Below, in pieces: positions 36,290-48,472 of a stretch of DNA of 64,000 nucleotides (its first letter is position 1; the number at the start of each line of letters is the position of its first letter). Made by a program: the position numbers and the translations under genes. Source of the stretch: Lophium mytilinum (Eukaryota); the NCBI GenBank assembly GCA_010093605.1, contig MU004198.1, positions 684,726-748,725 on the forward strand, given 5' to 3'. Under the pieces are notes generated by a model. It ran no database searches and was not told the origin of the DNA. It saw only the letters and a list, made by a program, of their open reading frames with translations.

Positions 36290-37271
36290 ACCTCAGAAAT
36301 GTCTAAGCCTCGCGAATAAGATACCTGTGTTATAGAACTAGATTTTCTTCCCCTTTGGTTTAGCGGCTGAGATTAGTACTGAGCTCTTATCGTTCTGACG
36401 GCATATGCATGTGTTTGAAGTGCCTCACACGTTACTAGCTTCAGGAGAAGGCCGATGTCATTTCCAGGGCTTGCGAATCAGAGTGCCCTTTTCCTAGATT
36501 TCGATTTCTTTCCTCTTTACTAGAAAGTTGAAATCAGATCCATCTAGTTATGTTTTCAACGTGTTTAATAGCTGCCCAATATGCGCTGTGCATAACCAGC
36601 TCCAGAACACAAGATATGTCATTTCCGGGGCTCGTGAATCAGATACCTGCTTTGCAGACGTGGATTCTCATCCTCCCTAGCTAAGTAGCGTAGATTAAGA
36701 GCACATTCTTATTTTTTTAATCTCCTAAACAGCTACCTAGATCACTTCATGCATGACCAGCTTCCAAAAACAAAGTATGTTATTTCCAGGGCCTGTGAAT
36801 CTAATGATCGTTTTACAGACCCGTCTTTCTGGTCTCTTTAGCTATATGACACATATCGTGAACACATCGTTATTGTCTTGATCTCCTGCACAGCTATCTA
36901 GACCACTTCATGCATAATCAGCTCTCAAAAATAGAGCATGTGATTTCCAGGGCTGGTATATTAGACAGCTGCTGCGTGGGACCCTATTCCCTTCCTCTTT
37001 GGCTAAGTAGCCTAGATTAGAAGCATATCGTCATCGTTCTAACATCTTATGAAGCTATCTAGACCTCTTCATGCCTAGCCAGCCTTTAAAAATGGGGGAT
37101 GTCATTTCCAGGGCTTGTATATCAGACACCCGCTATGCGGGGCCCGATTCCCTTCCTCTCTAGCCAAATGCCCTATATCAAATCTATCTCATTCCTATTT
37201 TGACAGCCTACACAGGTATTCAAGACCCCCCTTGCATTACTAGCTTCAACAAAGGCGCGATGTCATTTCCA
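36290..37271. repeat. 161-bp degenerate tandem array, block B (~6 units)
   Basis: Anchor ATGT(C/T/G)ATTTCC(A/G)GGGC at ~36455, 36616, 36777, 36938, 37099 and 37260, spaced 161 bp each time. Confidence 0.92.
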
Positions 37272-37323
37272 CTGATTGCATATTGGGTAGCGCTCATCTG
37301 AAGACCATTGCGGGACGCTGTAG

Positions 37324-37854
37324 TCTTCAACCACCCCCCTCCCTCCCTCCACCCTCTGCAGCCCTGAGTCTCAGCGTAAGCAATCTCTCCTCTTACGGTC
37401 AGCATATTCCGAGGATACGAGCGGTGCACGTCGAAAGAAAGCAAGACTGCCACCCGCCCCCAACCCAACAAGCCACTACCGGTTCAACGCTCCAGAACGC
37501 AAGTTCACGCCACTGAACTCGAAGACTCATAAAATCGTGTCGAAGAGTCAGAAGTACAAGTCCCTGGTCAACAAAGCTGACGAGATAAAGCGAAGGGTCT
37601 TCGAGTTGAGGATGGTGTCTGCTCCGTCATCCACAACACAAAAGAAGTAGAGGCTCGTCGAAAACAGTGACGAAGTCCGCAGCCATCGGTCCAAGGAGCA
37701 CGAGGAGCAGATAGCGGTCTGGGAAGAAGGCCTGGAAGCCCATTACCAGGCGGTAAACGCTGCTGTAAATAGATTGAACGATTTCCATGCGAAGGAGGAG
37801 AGATCAGCCGGATATGCCTTAGATCAAAACAGCTCGGCGGCGCCTCCTGGTTAG
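37324..37854 (+). pseudogene. Decayed coding-like insert interrupting the 161-bp array
   Basis: One frame stays open for ~175 codons except TAG at 37648-37650 (…RRKKARLPPAPNP…KRRVFELRM…QKK*RLVENS…EEQIAVWEEGLEAHYQAVNAAVNRL). No start codon at its 5' end. Confidence 0.35.
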
Positions 37855-37984
37855 ACGTTTGAAGGTTGCCACGAGGATTGGTTAGGTCGGGAGTATCTCA
37901 AAGCGTCCGGAGGTTGCAGTCTTCTACTTCAACGCAGTATCGGGAATCGGACGTGATGAGTTGCTGTTTTGATAGCGCGAGGAA

Positions 37985-38535
37985 CCGCCTGGCTTCTCAG
38001 GCCCATCCATCTTCTTAATGCTATTTCCAAGGCTCGCAAATCAGGCTATTGCTTTTACTAGACCAGTCTCTCTTCCCTCTGGCTTACTAGCGGAGATTAA
38101 ACGTGTCGAGTTGACGTTTTGACAGCGTTGTTCTATGTCTGTGGCTTCTCTGACTCACGCATGTTCTGGATGCTGACGATGTCATTTCCGAGGCTCGTAA
38201 TTCAGGCTTGTGCCTGTTACATATCAGTTTCTCTTCCCTCTAGCCTAGTAGAGAAAATCAGACGTGCCGAGCTGGTCCCTTGACAGCGTTGGTAGATGTC
38301 TGTGGTTTCCCCAGCCCAGCAATCCTCTCGATGCCTGCGATATCCATTCCCGAGGCTCGTGAATCTAGCTTTTGCTCTATGTATGCCAGTTTCGCGTCGC
38401 TCTGGCCCACTAGCGGGAATCAAGCGTGTCGACTTGCCATTTTGATAGCGTGGGTAACTATCCGTGGCTTCTCAGGCTCATCCGTCTTTCGAATGCTTAC
38501 AATGTCAATCGCCGAAGCTCGTAAAACAGGCATTC
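37985..38535. repeat. 161-bp degenerate tandem array, block C (~3.5 units)
   Basis: Anchors atgctatttccaaggctcg (~38018), atgtcatttccgaggctcg (~38179), atatccattcccgaggctcg (~38340) and atgtcaatcgccgaagctcg (~38502). ttga(c/t)agcgt...tgtggcttctc-like blocks recur. Confidence 0.85.
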
Positions 38536-38661
38536 GCAAGAGCTCGAACTCCTTCCCACACAAGGCGAGTTCATACCGGAAGGTTGTAGCATTCGCTCGC
38601 GTGGCCGCTCCAGAGATCCCAATAAATCACCAATAATGCTCCTGTAGTCTTTCGGGCGCAT

Positions 38662-41035
38662 TTATGGATGAAGCGGCGAAGTAGATCTGCTCCTGGGACC
38701 TGGCCCCGGAACTCTCGGTGGATGATAGCCCTGCTGGATCAGGGCCCTGACTCTAGCAGTCGCATCCAAATTCCCCGCATTCGCTGCTTTACTGTACCAC
38801 TCCACCGCTTGGTAAATATCGACGTCAACGTGCACACCAATCTCGTAGAAGTATCCCACGGCAAAAAGCGCCGTAGGAAGGTCCTGGTCAGCCGCTCTTT
38901 TCGCACGTGTGAAAGCGATTTCCTTATTGGCTTCAAAGACGCCCTCGTAGCCGACGAGAAACCATCTTGATAGGCTCATGTCTGCCTCTGGCTCCCCTTG
39001 GAGGGAGGCAAGCTCTAAGTAGTGCATCGATAATGCTGGGTCGAACGGACAGCCTAAAGTGCACAGCTCGTAGGCCGATCCCATCTTTAGCTGAGCTTTC
39101 GCAAAACCAAGATATGCAGCTTTTTCTATGTTTTTACGGGCGGAAGCCAGGTCTTTAAGCTCCGGGGTCCTGAAGTGCGGTAAATCGTCCGCTTGGAGTA
39201 GACCAAGAACCTGGCCAAAGTATGAGCTTTCGAATACAGTTTTGGATCTCGAGCTTGCTTACATAGGCGGCTTGGGGAGCATACTCGTCGGCTCTCTGGG
39301 CAGCAGTCTTGATCAGCGGTATAGCCTTCGCGAAGTCTACCTTTTGATCGTGTTGCCCTAGAAACGCTATCATAGCCAGACGCTGAGAGATTGTCAGCAG
39401 GGTGGCAAAAGAATCGAAATGAATTGACCTTACGTAGCAGCACGCAGCGTCATTTTCCTTTCTGCCTCTCTCGTAGTATTCAATCGCTTTGGTCGGGTCG
39501 TTGCTGCTCTCATACATCATACCCATACGGTAAGCGGCTCGCATATATCCTTCTGATAGAGCATCTCTGTACAGGTGGAAAGCAGACCTTTTATTGACCC
39601 TATGGCCAAAGTGGCCAAACTCAAGCCATTTCCCTTTCTCGAAGTTTGCGTGGGGGTGTCCTTGTGCAACCAAAAAGTCGATGATATTCTTAGCATCAAT
39701 CTCGAGCTGTGAACCCTCCACTGAGCTCTGGAAAGACGAATTCTTGGTGTCGCATACATTTCTTTCGCGCGAGTAACAAACAAGAAGCCAGTTTAAGGCA
39801 TCACTAGCCCAGGCCAGCTGCATATCAGGGTCCACTGAGTACAGCACGAGTTCCCGTGCCCTCTCAATGACCCTGCCCTTTTCTTCGTGGGTAAGGGGCA
39901 CATTTGGCGAGACTGGATCCGGTAGTTTTGGAAAAGAAGAGGGAAGTTCGTATATTTCTAAGCCGACAGGGGTGACACGGATCTCTGGCAGTGCTTCGGT
40001 CTTTTCATGGTATGTTGACGAAGGTGAATCCGGAGAGCTTCTAGTATGTGATCTTAGTTGAGCGGAAGCCTCTACTAATGTTTTCGGTACATCTTTCCTC
40101 CTTACGTTGAAAGTAGGTGTCACGGCTCGACGATCGGAAGGCTCGCCGCCATCAGCCACATACTTGGGGCTTAATTGGAGACTTCCCATGCTTCTTTCAG
40201 CTTCAGAAATGCCATAGACATCCCTACCGCCTCGTGTCTCAGTTCGCTCTGGGTCTGGTGATCTCTGCGAGACCTTCTGCTGTGCAGCAACCAAGGCTCG
40301 TCTGTAGGCCTTCGAATTGACAATGATATCATCGAACTCGAATTCCCTGCCATCAATTGTTGAAGTTGTATCCGCGACGTCACCGAATATGCTGTCTGGT
40401 GCACGCCTGCCCGAGAATATGGACTCAGCGACGTTAAGTTTGGGGTTTGTTGCTCGTAGAGAGCGTGTGTCATCGGCGACGCGGTTCAGAACAGCGCTGT
40501 TCTGTTGTAATAGTCGCGTGATATCAGTCAAAGATTGCCTAAAGTAAGGGTTAGTAGGACGGCGTGAGGGGTTCAGATCAACTTACATTTGCAGACCCTG
40601 GATGAGTAACGTTAGAGCTGCCTGCTGTCCTCGTATCTGAGCGAGGTATTCCTTCATATTATCCTCATTCCCAGCAGCCTGCCTCTGGTCCTCCATCCAG
40701 GTCTTTGCGCAAAGTCTGATGGATCGACGTCGAGCTTCTGGATTTCATCGTCGAGACAGGCGTAGACGACGGCGCAGCCAGTCAAGGCGATATCCAAAGC
40801 AGAAACAAGCTCAGGCCTGGACCGCAGATACACAGTCAGAGCATCCGTTATTCTGGAGAAAGAGGCCCTGGATGTTGGAGAGAGCAGCGCTGATTAGTAT
40901 AGACTCAGAACACAAGGCTGCAATCGTAATGTGAGCGTTTTTGAACTTGTGGCGCAACGTATCGAGAGTCTTGACTGTCTTAAGACATGCTGTCGTGATT
41001 TGAAGGACGCTCGCGGTCACCGAAAGAGGATCCAT
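38662..41035 (-). pseudogene. Fungal N-terminal (SesA/HeLo-like) domain fused to Skt5/Chs4-like Sel1 repeats; exon 1 has two frameshifts
   Basis: MDPLSVTASVLQITTAC... continues in another frame as RSRPELVSALDIALTGCAVVYACLDDEIQKL, then in the first frame as NEDNMKEYLAQIRGQQAALTLLIQGLQ. The C-terminal part has Sel1 repeats (RAAYRMGMMYE, KAAYLGFAKAQLKMGSAYELC, ALFAVGYFYEIG). Three GT-AG introns. Confidence 0.75.
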
Positions 41036-41583
41036 TGGTGTCTGTTAGCACCTGTCAATGGCAGTTGAGAGTAGATCCATCGCTGAGTTGTGAGAAGGCT
41101 GAAGTCGGCGGGCTTCCAAGGCTCAGCCCCCACTTCATGCATGGCATCTTCGTTAACACAGTCGCCATTGACCAGACTCGGGACTGTGAACTATCTTGTC
41201 GTCGTTCACGGTGTCGCGCAGATGACGGCTTGGGAGCAAATGGTAATCAAGGGACTAGCCATCGTCTACTTTCGTAGATGAAGTTGCAGGAAGGTTGGCA
41301 GAGTCGGCTTTGTCGGAGATAATCCCCAGGGTCATCCCAGGAGCCAATATTACGGGACACAATGCCAGTGGTGATGTCTGAATTAAAGTAGCCATTCTGA
41401 CCAATTACAATATTGTACATAATTAAATCCCAAGCCCATTCAATATCATGGAACTTGTCATGAATCATCTCCGTCATGTTCGCTAAAACGCAAGAAGAAT
41501 AATCAGTGTGTCTCCTGAATAGGAATAATTAGTAGCCTGGCAAGGTAGACTGTGTCGTGACGTTAAGAAGCACCATTAAGGGC

Positions 41584-42955
41584 CTATCGCTGCGCAGACG
41601 ATGTAGCTGCAGCAGTCGAGCTAGGCTGAGCAGTCCGCTGGATCTCAGCCTCTTTGCGCTTTGCGAATAAGCTCTTGAAGGCACCGAGCCATCTCGCCAG
41701 ATTGTCTTCGCTGAGTGCACAAAATCGGTAGTTTCGCTCATCGGAGATAATCTGCATGCAATAGGGTTTCGACCTCGATACAGGATCAATTTCAACGGCG
41801 TTAATGATGTTTGCTAGCGGGATGATAAGATTCGCAGAGTACTCCTAGCTGTAAATCAGTATGAGATGCACAATGTGAGATTTGACGAGCGTACCTCTTC
41901 GTTCTTATACAGTCCAAGCGATTTCGGTCGTAGAACCACCCATAACTTTTTCCACTGCCGGACACCTCCTTTGGATTTCAGGATGTAAAGCCAGCCGTGG
42001 TAGATCACTCTCTCGTCGTCTGGTGTAGTACCAAGTCCGCTGGCTTGACTAATATTGCGCATCGCGTCCGATCGACTGTCGCCGGGCAGCACGTCGGCGG
42101 CTGATCTATCTCGGGTCTTGGGGTTGTTCAACGATATAGATGATTCGCGGAAGCGTGTGGGTGCCGTTGTATCTGAAAAGTCGGAGAATGACCCTGCCTC
42201 GTTGCCAGAGTAATTTATCAGTGCGTGAGAAGGCCGCCGCAAGCTATGCATATTCCCTGCTTCAGCAGAAGAGCCTGGTCTCGGAAAGGGATCAGCTTCC
42301 GAAGAGCTGGAACCCACTCCTTCCCTCTTCCCAAATTTTCCGAAGCCCTGAAACGTACCACGAGCACCTCCAGGGCTCATCAGTATCATCTCCTCTTCCT
42401 CTTCATCGATCCGAGCCTCGGTCCTTATCAGTTCCACCCATTCCTGCGCATCCTTTTCGCTCGGTGCTCCGATGTGGAAGTTCCTTGAGGGAGAAAAAAG
42501 GCCAAACACATGGTCCATCTTGCGCTTAGGGTCCTTCTGGCGCGCGACCGCTGTGACTTCAGACAAGTTGATCTGATGCCGCAATTTCGTTTCATCCTTG
42601 TCCTTGTAAATTGAAAGTAGGTTCGGCCGTAGAACGAGGTGAATTGGTTTCCAGGACTGGAGAAGTTCAAGCATTAGTACGTGTGTCCGTGTGATATACT
42701 CAATCTTGTAGAAGTTACCTTTGTCTTGCGCGTGCGCTTCAGGACGGTGCCCGACTTGAGGACTCTGTCAAACTCGAAGCTCCCATTCTGATTCACCGGC
42801 GACAGTATCTCGGACGGCTGCTTGTTTGTCTTGTCGTGGACAGTGTTCACGCGCATGGACAGGTTGGGTGGCTCGATTCTCATACCCATCGAGGGCTTCT
42901 GGCGAGTCGCGACTGGAATTGGAATTGGGAGAGTTTGTGTGGTGTTTTCCGGCAT
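41584..42955 (-). CDS. Tandem PH-domain protein (Opy1-like)
   Basis: PH1 VLKSGTVLKRTRKTK/SWKPIHLVLRPNLLSIYKD...AQEWVELI and PH2 IYHGWLYILKSKGGVRQWKKLWVVLR...LARWLGAFKSL. Two introns; stop at 41586-41584. Confidence 0.85.
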
Positions 42956-43569
42956 CTTGACTTATATCATTCGAGGGCGGACAATGCGAAGACGCCCAGG
43001 GCTACGTGCTCATGGTGTATAAGGGGCAGAAGTCCGTAGCCACGGATCTGAATTGTAGGAGCAGCGTGATGCAGGAGACACAGCGAATGAGGGAAGCTAG
43101 CGCGGCAGGGAGGCATGTGCAGACGCAGACAAGGGTGCTCAGGACCGCAATGCTGTGGCGAGAGTGAATGGCGATATAGTCCTGAGACGGCTGGGCAGCG
43201 CCCTGGGCGGGTGGTGTTGCGGAGGGGTGTATGACGAGGTGAGAGAGCAGCGGCGTGAGCTTGACGTCGGGCGGGAGCCACAGCAGCGCGGGGTCTCGAA
43301 ACTGTTTCGACTCATTTCGACTAACTCAGCCTCAACTTTTCTCGACAACCGACCACCAACCATCTGTCGAAGAGGCTCTGGTCCTCGTTCTTCTATTCTG
43401 AGATACCCGGCGCCGTTGAAACTATTTAACGCGCGTCAAGCCCTTTAAACACCTGCTTTCATTCTTTCACGTCCAATATTCCCGAAGCCAGTAGCCTATA
43501 GAATTTTATAGGCGCCCTCCTCCGAAACCCAGCGCAAACCTCCATATCGCCTCTAGGCGCATAGCTAGT

Positions 43570-46500
43570 ATGCCTGTTGTTAGCCCAGAAAAGCTGGTGT
43601 CGCTGCAGCATGCGGCCGCAGACGTCCGAAATGTATACCCTCTGAAGAGCCCTCATAGCGGTTTACACGGACTAACTTTTCTTTTAGATATGCATCCTGG
43701 CTCACGTAGTATGTAGGACTGGTCTAATTTGCACTCTTTCCAACTGACGATGGTGCTAAGGACCATGGAAAAACCTCCCTCACCGATGCCCTCATCGCCA
43801 CCAACGGCATCATCTCCCCGAAGTTGGCGGGAAAGATACGATACCTCGACTCAAGGCCAGACGAACAACTACGGGGCATCACGATGGAATCCTCAGCTAT
43901 CTCACTATACTTCTCCCTATCACGGAAGACCGCCCCAGACACGAGCCCAGAGCAGAAGGAATACTTAATAAATCTGATAGACTCGCCCGGCCATATTGAC
44001 TTCAGCAGCGAAGTCTCCACCGCGTCGCGGCTATGTGACGGCGCAGTAGTGCTTGTAGATGCCGTTGAAGGCGTGTGTAGTCAGACGGTGACCGTATTGC
44101 GGCAGACATGGATCGAAAAACTCAAGCCAATACTTGTCATTAACAAAATGGACCGACTAATCACAGAACTGAAGATGAGTCCGGGTGAGGCGTATACTCA
44201 TCTCAGCAAGCTACTCGAACAAGTCAATGCCGTAATGGGCAGCTTCTTCCAAGGCGACCGAATGGAAGATGACCTCAAATGGAGAGAGAAAATGGAAGAG
44301 AAGATCAATGCCGCGGCCGAAAAAGCGCAAGAGAGAACTGACGGTATTAGCTCGTCCGTATTGGAGAATGGCGATGGCATCGACACTACCAACACGCCCG
44401 CTGAGTATGAGGAAAGGGATGACGAAGACATTTACTTCTCCCCAGAAAACAATAACGTTATCTTTAGCAGTGCCATCGACGGATGGGCATTCACCGTCAA
44501 GCAATTCGCTGGTCTCTATGAGAAGAAGCTCGGAATCAAACGATCGGTACTCGAGAAGGTGCTCTGGGGCGACTTCTATCTAGATCCAAAGAACAAACGT
44601 GTATTGGGGTCGAAGCACCTCAAAGGCAGGAACTTAAAGCCGATGTTTGTCCAACTAGTCCTAGACAACATATGGGCTGTATACGACGCTACCACGGGCG
44701 GTGATCAAGGGAAGGGGTGCGTGGATCTCCTTATTCTTCTACAAGTCCTTGTTAAACATGTACATACACGATACGATCAGATACTTATTACTCCTCAACA
44801 GAGATCCTACCAAAGTAGAGAAAATCACCAAATCCCTATCCATAAAGCTCCCACCACACGTTCTCCGCTCTCGAGACCCAAGAGCCCTATTGACGACACT
44901 CTTCGCTGCTTGGCTCCCTCTGTCAACAGCGCTCCTAGTCTCAGTCATCGAATACCTCCCATCGCCACCCAAAGCGCAAGCTGCACGAATGACCGAACTT
45001 ATCGACAACTCCCCCGGCTCCGACTTTGTCAGTCCAGAAGTTCGAAGCGCAATGACCAGCTTCAAAGCCTCAAAAGACGACCCAGTTGTCGCCTACGTGA
45101 GCAAAATGGTTGCCATCCCGGCCAGCGAGCTCCCCGAAAACAAGAGGCGCGGCGGTGGTGCACTCAGCGCCGAAGAAGCCCGCGAGCTCGGCCGCAAGAA
45201 ACGTGCTGAGCTCGCACGCGTGCAAGCAGCTGCCAACGGCGGGAATTCTGTCGACCATCTCACCCAGGCCATCAGCAGCACCGCGATTGGAGAGCAAGAA
45301 AAAACAACCGAGTCCGAGTCCGCAGATTCAGCGGAAGAGGAGCATCTCATTGGCTTCGCACGCCTCTATTCTGGCACTCTCTCCGTTGGTGACGAGATCT
45401 ACGTCCTTCCGCCCAAGTTCTCCCCAGCGAAACCGCACGCTCAACCTGAACCACCAAAAGTTACCATCACAGCACTCTATCTGCTTATGGGCCGCGGTCT
45501 AGAACCTCTCACCCACGTTCCCGCTGGTGTCGTCTTCGGTATTGGTGGTCTGGCAGGACACGTCCTGAAATCCGGGACACTTTGTTCGCAACTCGACGGC
45601 TCCGTCAATTTGGCTGGCATAAACATGGGCACACAGCCTATTGTGCGGGTTGCTCTCGAACCAACGAACCCATCGGATCTAGGAAAGATGATCACTGGGC
45701 TGAAGCTGCTCGAGCAGAGCGATCCATGTGCTGAGTACGAGGTTTTGCAGAGCGGAGAGCATGTCATTCTCACGGCGGGCGAGCTGCATCTGGAGAGGTG
45801 TCTTAAGGACCTGAGGGAGAGATTTGCAAAGTGTGATATTCAAGCCGGAGCGCCCATCGTACCATACAGGGAGAGTATTGTCAGGGCAGAGGAGATGAAT
45901 CCGCCCAGGGACAGGGACCTACCTAGAGGCACGGTGATCGGTGTCACGACGTCTAAGCAGGTCACCCTCAAGCTGAGAGTGAGACCACTACCAGCAGCCG
46001 TGACCGAGTTCCTCGGGAACAACGCTGGCGCGATCAAGCGGCTATATTCTGAGAGCCGGGCTAAAGAAGAGCGAGAGCGGACCGGTGGTGATGACACACC
46101 TCCTGAGCAGGATGGAATGGAGGAGGCCGAGCCGCTGGAGACCGGCCACATTCTGAGCTTGGCAGACTTCAAAACGGAGCTGAAGAAAGCTTTTGCAGAG
46201 GCTAAGGGCGAGAAAGAGATTTGGAACGGGGTGATCGACAAGATAACAGCGTTTGGCCCACGAAGAGTCGGTCCTAACATCCTCATCGACGCAACCGCGC
46301 AGGGCATATGCGGCAAAGTGTAAGATTCTACTCTATACTTTTCCAATCTCAATGCACAACACTAATTCTCCCAGTCTCCGCGACTCTTCTTCCCCAACTT
46401 CAGATTTGTCAACACCGTCAGACAACGCAGCCCTCACCGACAAAATCGCTTACGCCTTCCAACTCACCACCGCCGCCGGCCCCCTGTGCGCTGAGCCCGT

Positions 46501-47101
46501 CCAAGGCATCGCCGTCTTCCTCGAAGACCTCACCGTCGCCGTCCCCGAGCTCGACACGACCTCCGCCTCGCACGACCGGCTCGGTCGCTTAACCGGCGAA
46601 GTCATCAAAACCGTCCGCGACTCCATCCGGCTCGGCTTCCTCGACTGGTCCCCGCGCATCCTGCTCGCCATGTACACGTGCGAGATCCAAGCCTCCACCG
46701 ACGTGCTCGGGAAGGTCTACGCCGTGCTGAACGGCCGTCGCGGGACCATTCTTTCAGAAACACTGTCAGCAAACTTCTCGGCTTCCACGACTGGGAACTC
46801 GACGTTCACGATTGATGCGCTGTTACCGGTGGCGGAAAGCTTCGGGTTTAGCGATGAGATTCGGAAGAAGAGTAGTGGGAGTGCGAGCCCGCAGTTGCGG
46901 TTTGCGGGGTATAAGATGCTGGATGAGGATCCGTTCTGGGTGCCGTTTACGGAAGACGAGCTGGAGGATTTGGGGGAGAAGGGGGATCGGGAGAATGTGG
47001 CGAAGAGGTATGTGGATGGGGTGAGGGGGCGGAAGGGGTTGCTGGTGCAGGGGAAGAAGCTGGTTATGGATGCGGAGAAGCAGAAGACGTTGAAGCGGTA
47101 G
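43570..47101 (+). CDS. RIA1: Elongation factor-like GTPase 1 (Efl1/Ria1), 60S maturation
   Basis: Spliced G1 motif RN/ICILAHV/DHGKT via a 21-nt micro-exon (43688-43708). Also RGITMESS, LINLIDSPGHIDFSSEV, INKMDR, AGELHLERCL and LLPVAESFGFSDEIRKKSSG. Confidence 0.94.
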
Positions 47102-47866
47102 GTGGCGGGGTGAGAGGGGATTGGCATAGGGCGTTAGAGTAGATGGGGCGGTGCAAAAAGCAGCGAGATGTAAAGAGTAATGATTGTGTTATTCAAGTTT
47201 GAGAGATTACATACTCTCGGGAGCTTCACAGAGACCTTTTCCACTTCCCAACGTGCTCGATCTAGATGCAATTTGAAATGAGCGTGAAAGAAGTCTTGCA
47301 GCGATTAAAGCAAGCTTCCGTCCAGTCCCATTCCGATGAAAATGGGACTATTGGAATCACGAACACCTTCGTACCCGATTGCCGTGTCTATGATCCGGAA
47401 AAATCGTTTTGCATACCGAACTTAGCAGTGTCGTCGTAAATGCGGCGTTGGACTCTGCGGCGCCGAAAAACGAGCAAACTCCTCCAAATCTTTACTGAAT
47501 TTCTTCAAATATATTAGATTTAAAGTCTCTGAAGATATCTCTCAAGTGTGCCTGTTTCAGAATTTTATTTAGTGTAGAGTTGGTGGAGTTTTGTTTGTTT
47601 TGGTGTTGTGCCCACGGTGCTGCATTCCGGCCTCGTTTTTCGGCGTCGCAGAGGTTGGGTTGAGTGCAGAAGGTCACGTGGAGAAAATAGCTCGGCCTCG
47701 CTTGTTTGACTAGCGTGGCGCACTTTCTTGGCGCGGCCATCCAACTTTGCGGATTCTCGATTTCCTTACGACACGACGACATATTCGCGATCCACCACAA
47801 CACACCGTCAAGGTACGCCCGAAAGCACGCTGGATACACGGCAACTCAACTAACGATTCTCTCTAG

Positions 47867-48472
47867 ATGGTCGCCTCTAAGAAGCATGTCCCGATCGTCA
47901 AGAAGCGTACGTCGAACCTCGAATACTGGCGCTCGCAGCCTCCTCCGCCGCCTGCGTTCTCTACAACAATGGTATCATACTGATTTCGCGATTCTTGTGC
48001 AGACACCAAGCGGTTCAACCGCCACCAGAGCGACAGGTTCATGTGTGTGGACCCTAGCTGGAGAAAGCCCAAGGGTATCGACAACCGCGTGAGGAGGCGT
48101 TTCAAGGGCCAGGCTGCTATGCCCAAGGTGAGGAGCATCAACGGACACTCAAAAACAAGGCTGACTAGATTTCTACTGCTAGATTGGTTACGGATCCAAC
48201 AAGAAGACGAGGCATTTGATGCCCAGCGGCCACAAGGCCTTCCTCGTGCACAACATCCGCGAGTGCGTATCACCAACCCGATAGTCACAGCCAGTGGATC
48301 GCTAACATAATCAATTATCAGTGTCGACCTGCTCCTGATGCAGAACCGCACCTTCGCCGCAGAAATCTCCCACTCGGTCTCGGCACGCAAGCGAATTGAA
48401 ATCGTTGCCCGGGCGAAGCAGCTGAGCGTCAAGGTCACGAACGGCAAGGCCAGAGTCAAGACGGAGTCGTAG
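47867..48472 (+). CDS. RPL32: 60S ribosomal protein eL32
   Basis: [60 protein letters not shown].../[16 protein letters not shown]. Three coding introns plus a 5'UTR intron (47813-47866) ending at the ATG. Confidence 0.97.

Noticed and set aside
35440..38535. CRISPR-like array (conserved anchor plus variable intervals)
   Set aside because: The intervals are homologous to each other along their whole length, the anchors are degenerate, the context is eukaryotic and there are no cas genes. It is a diverged tandem repeat.
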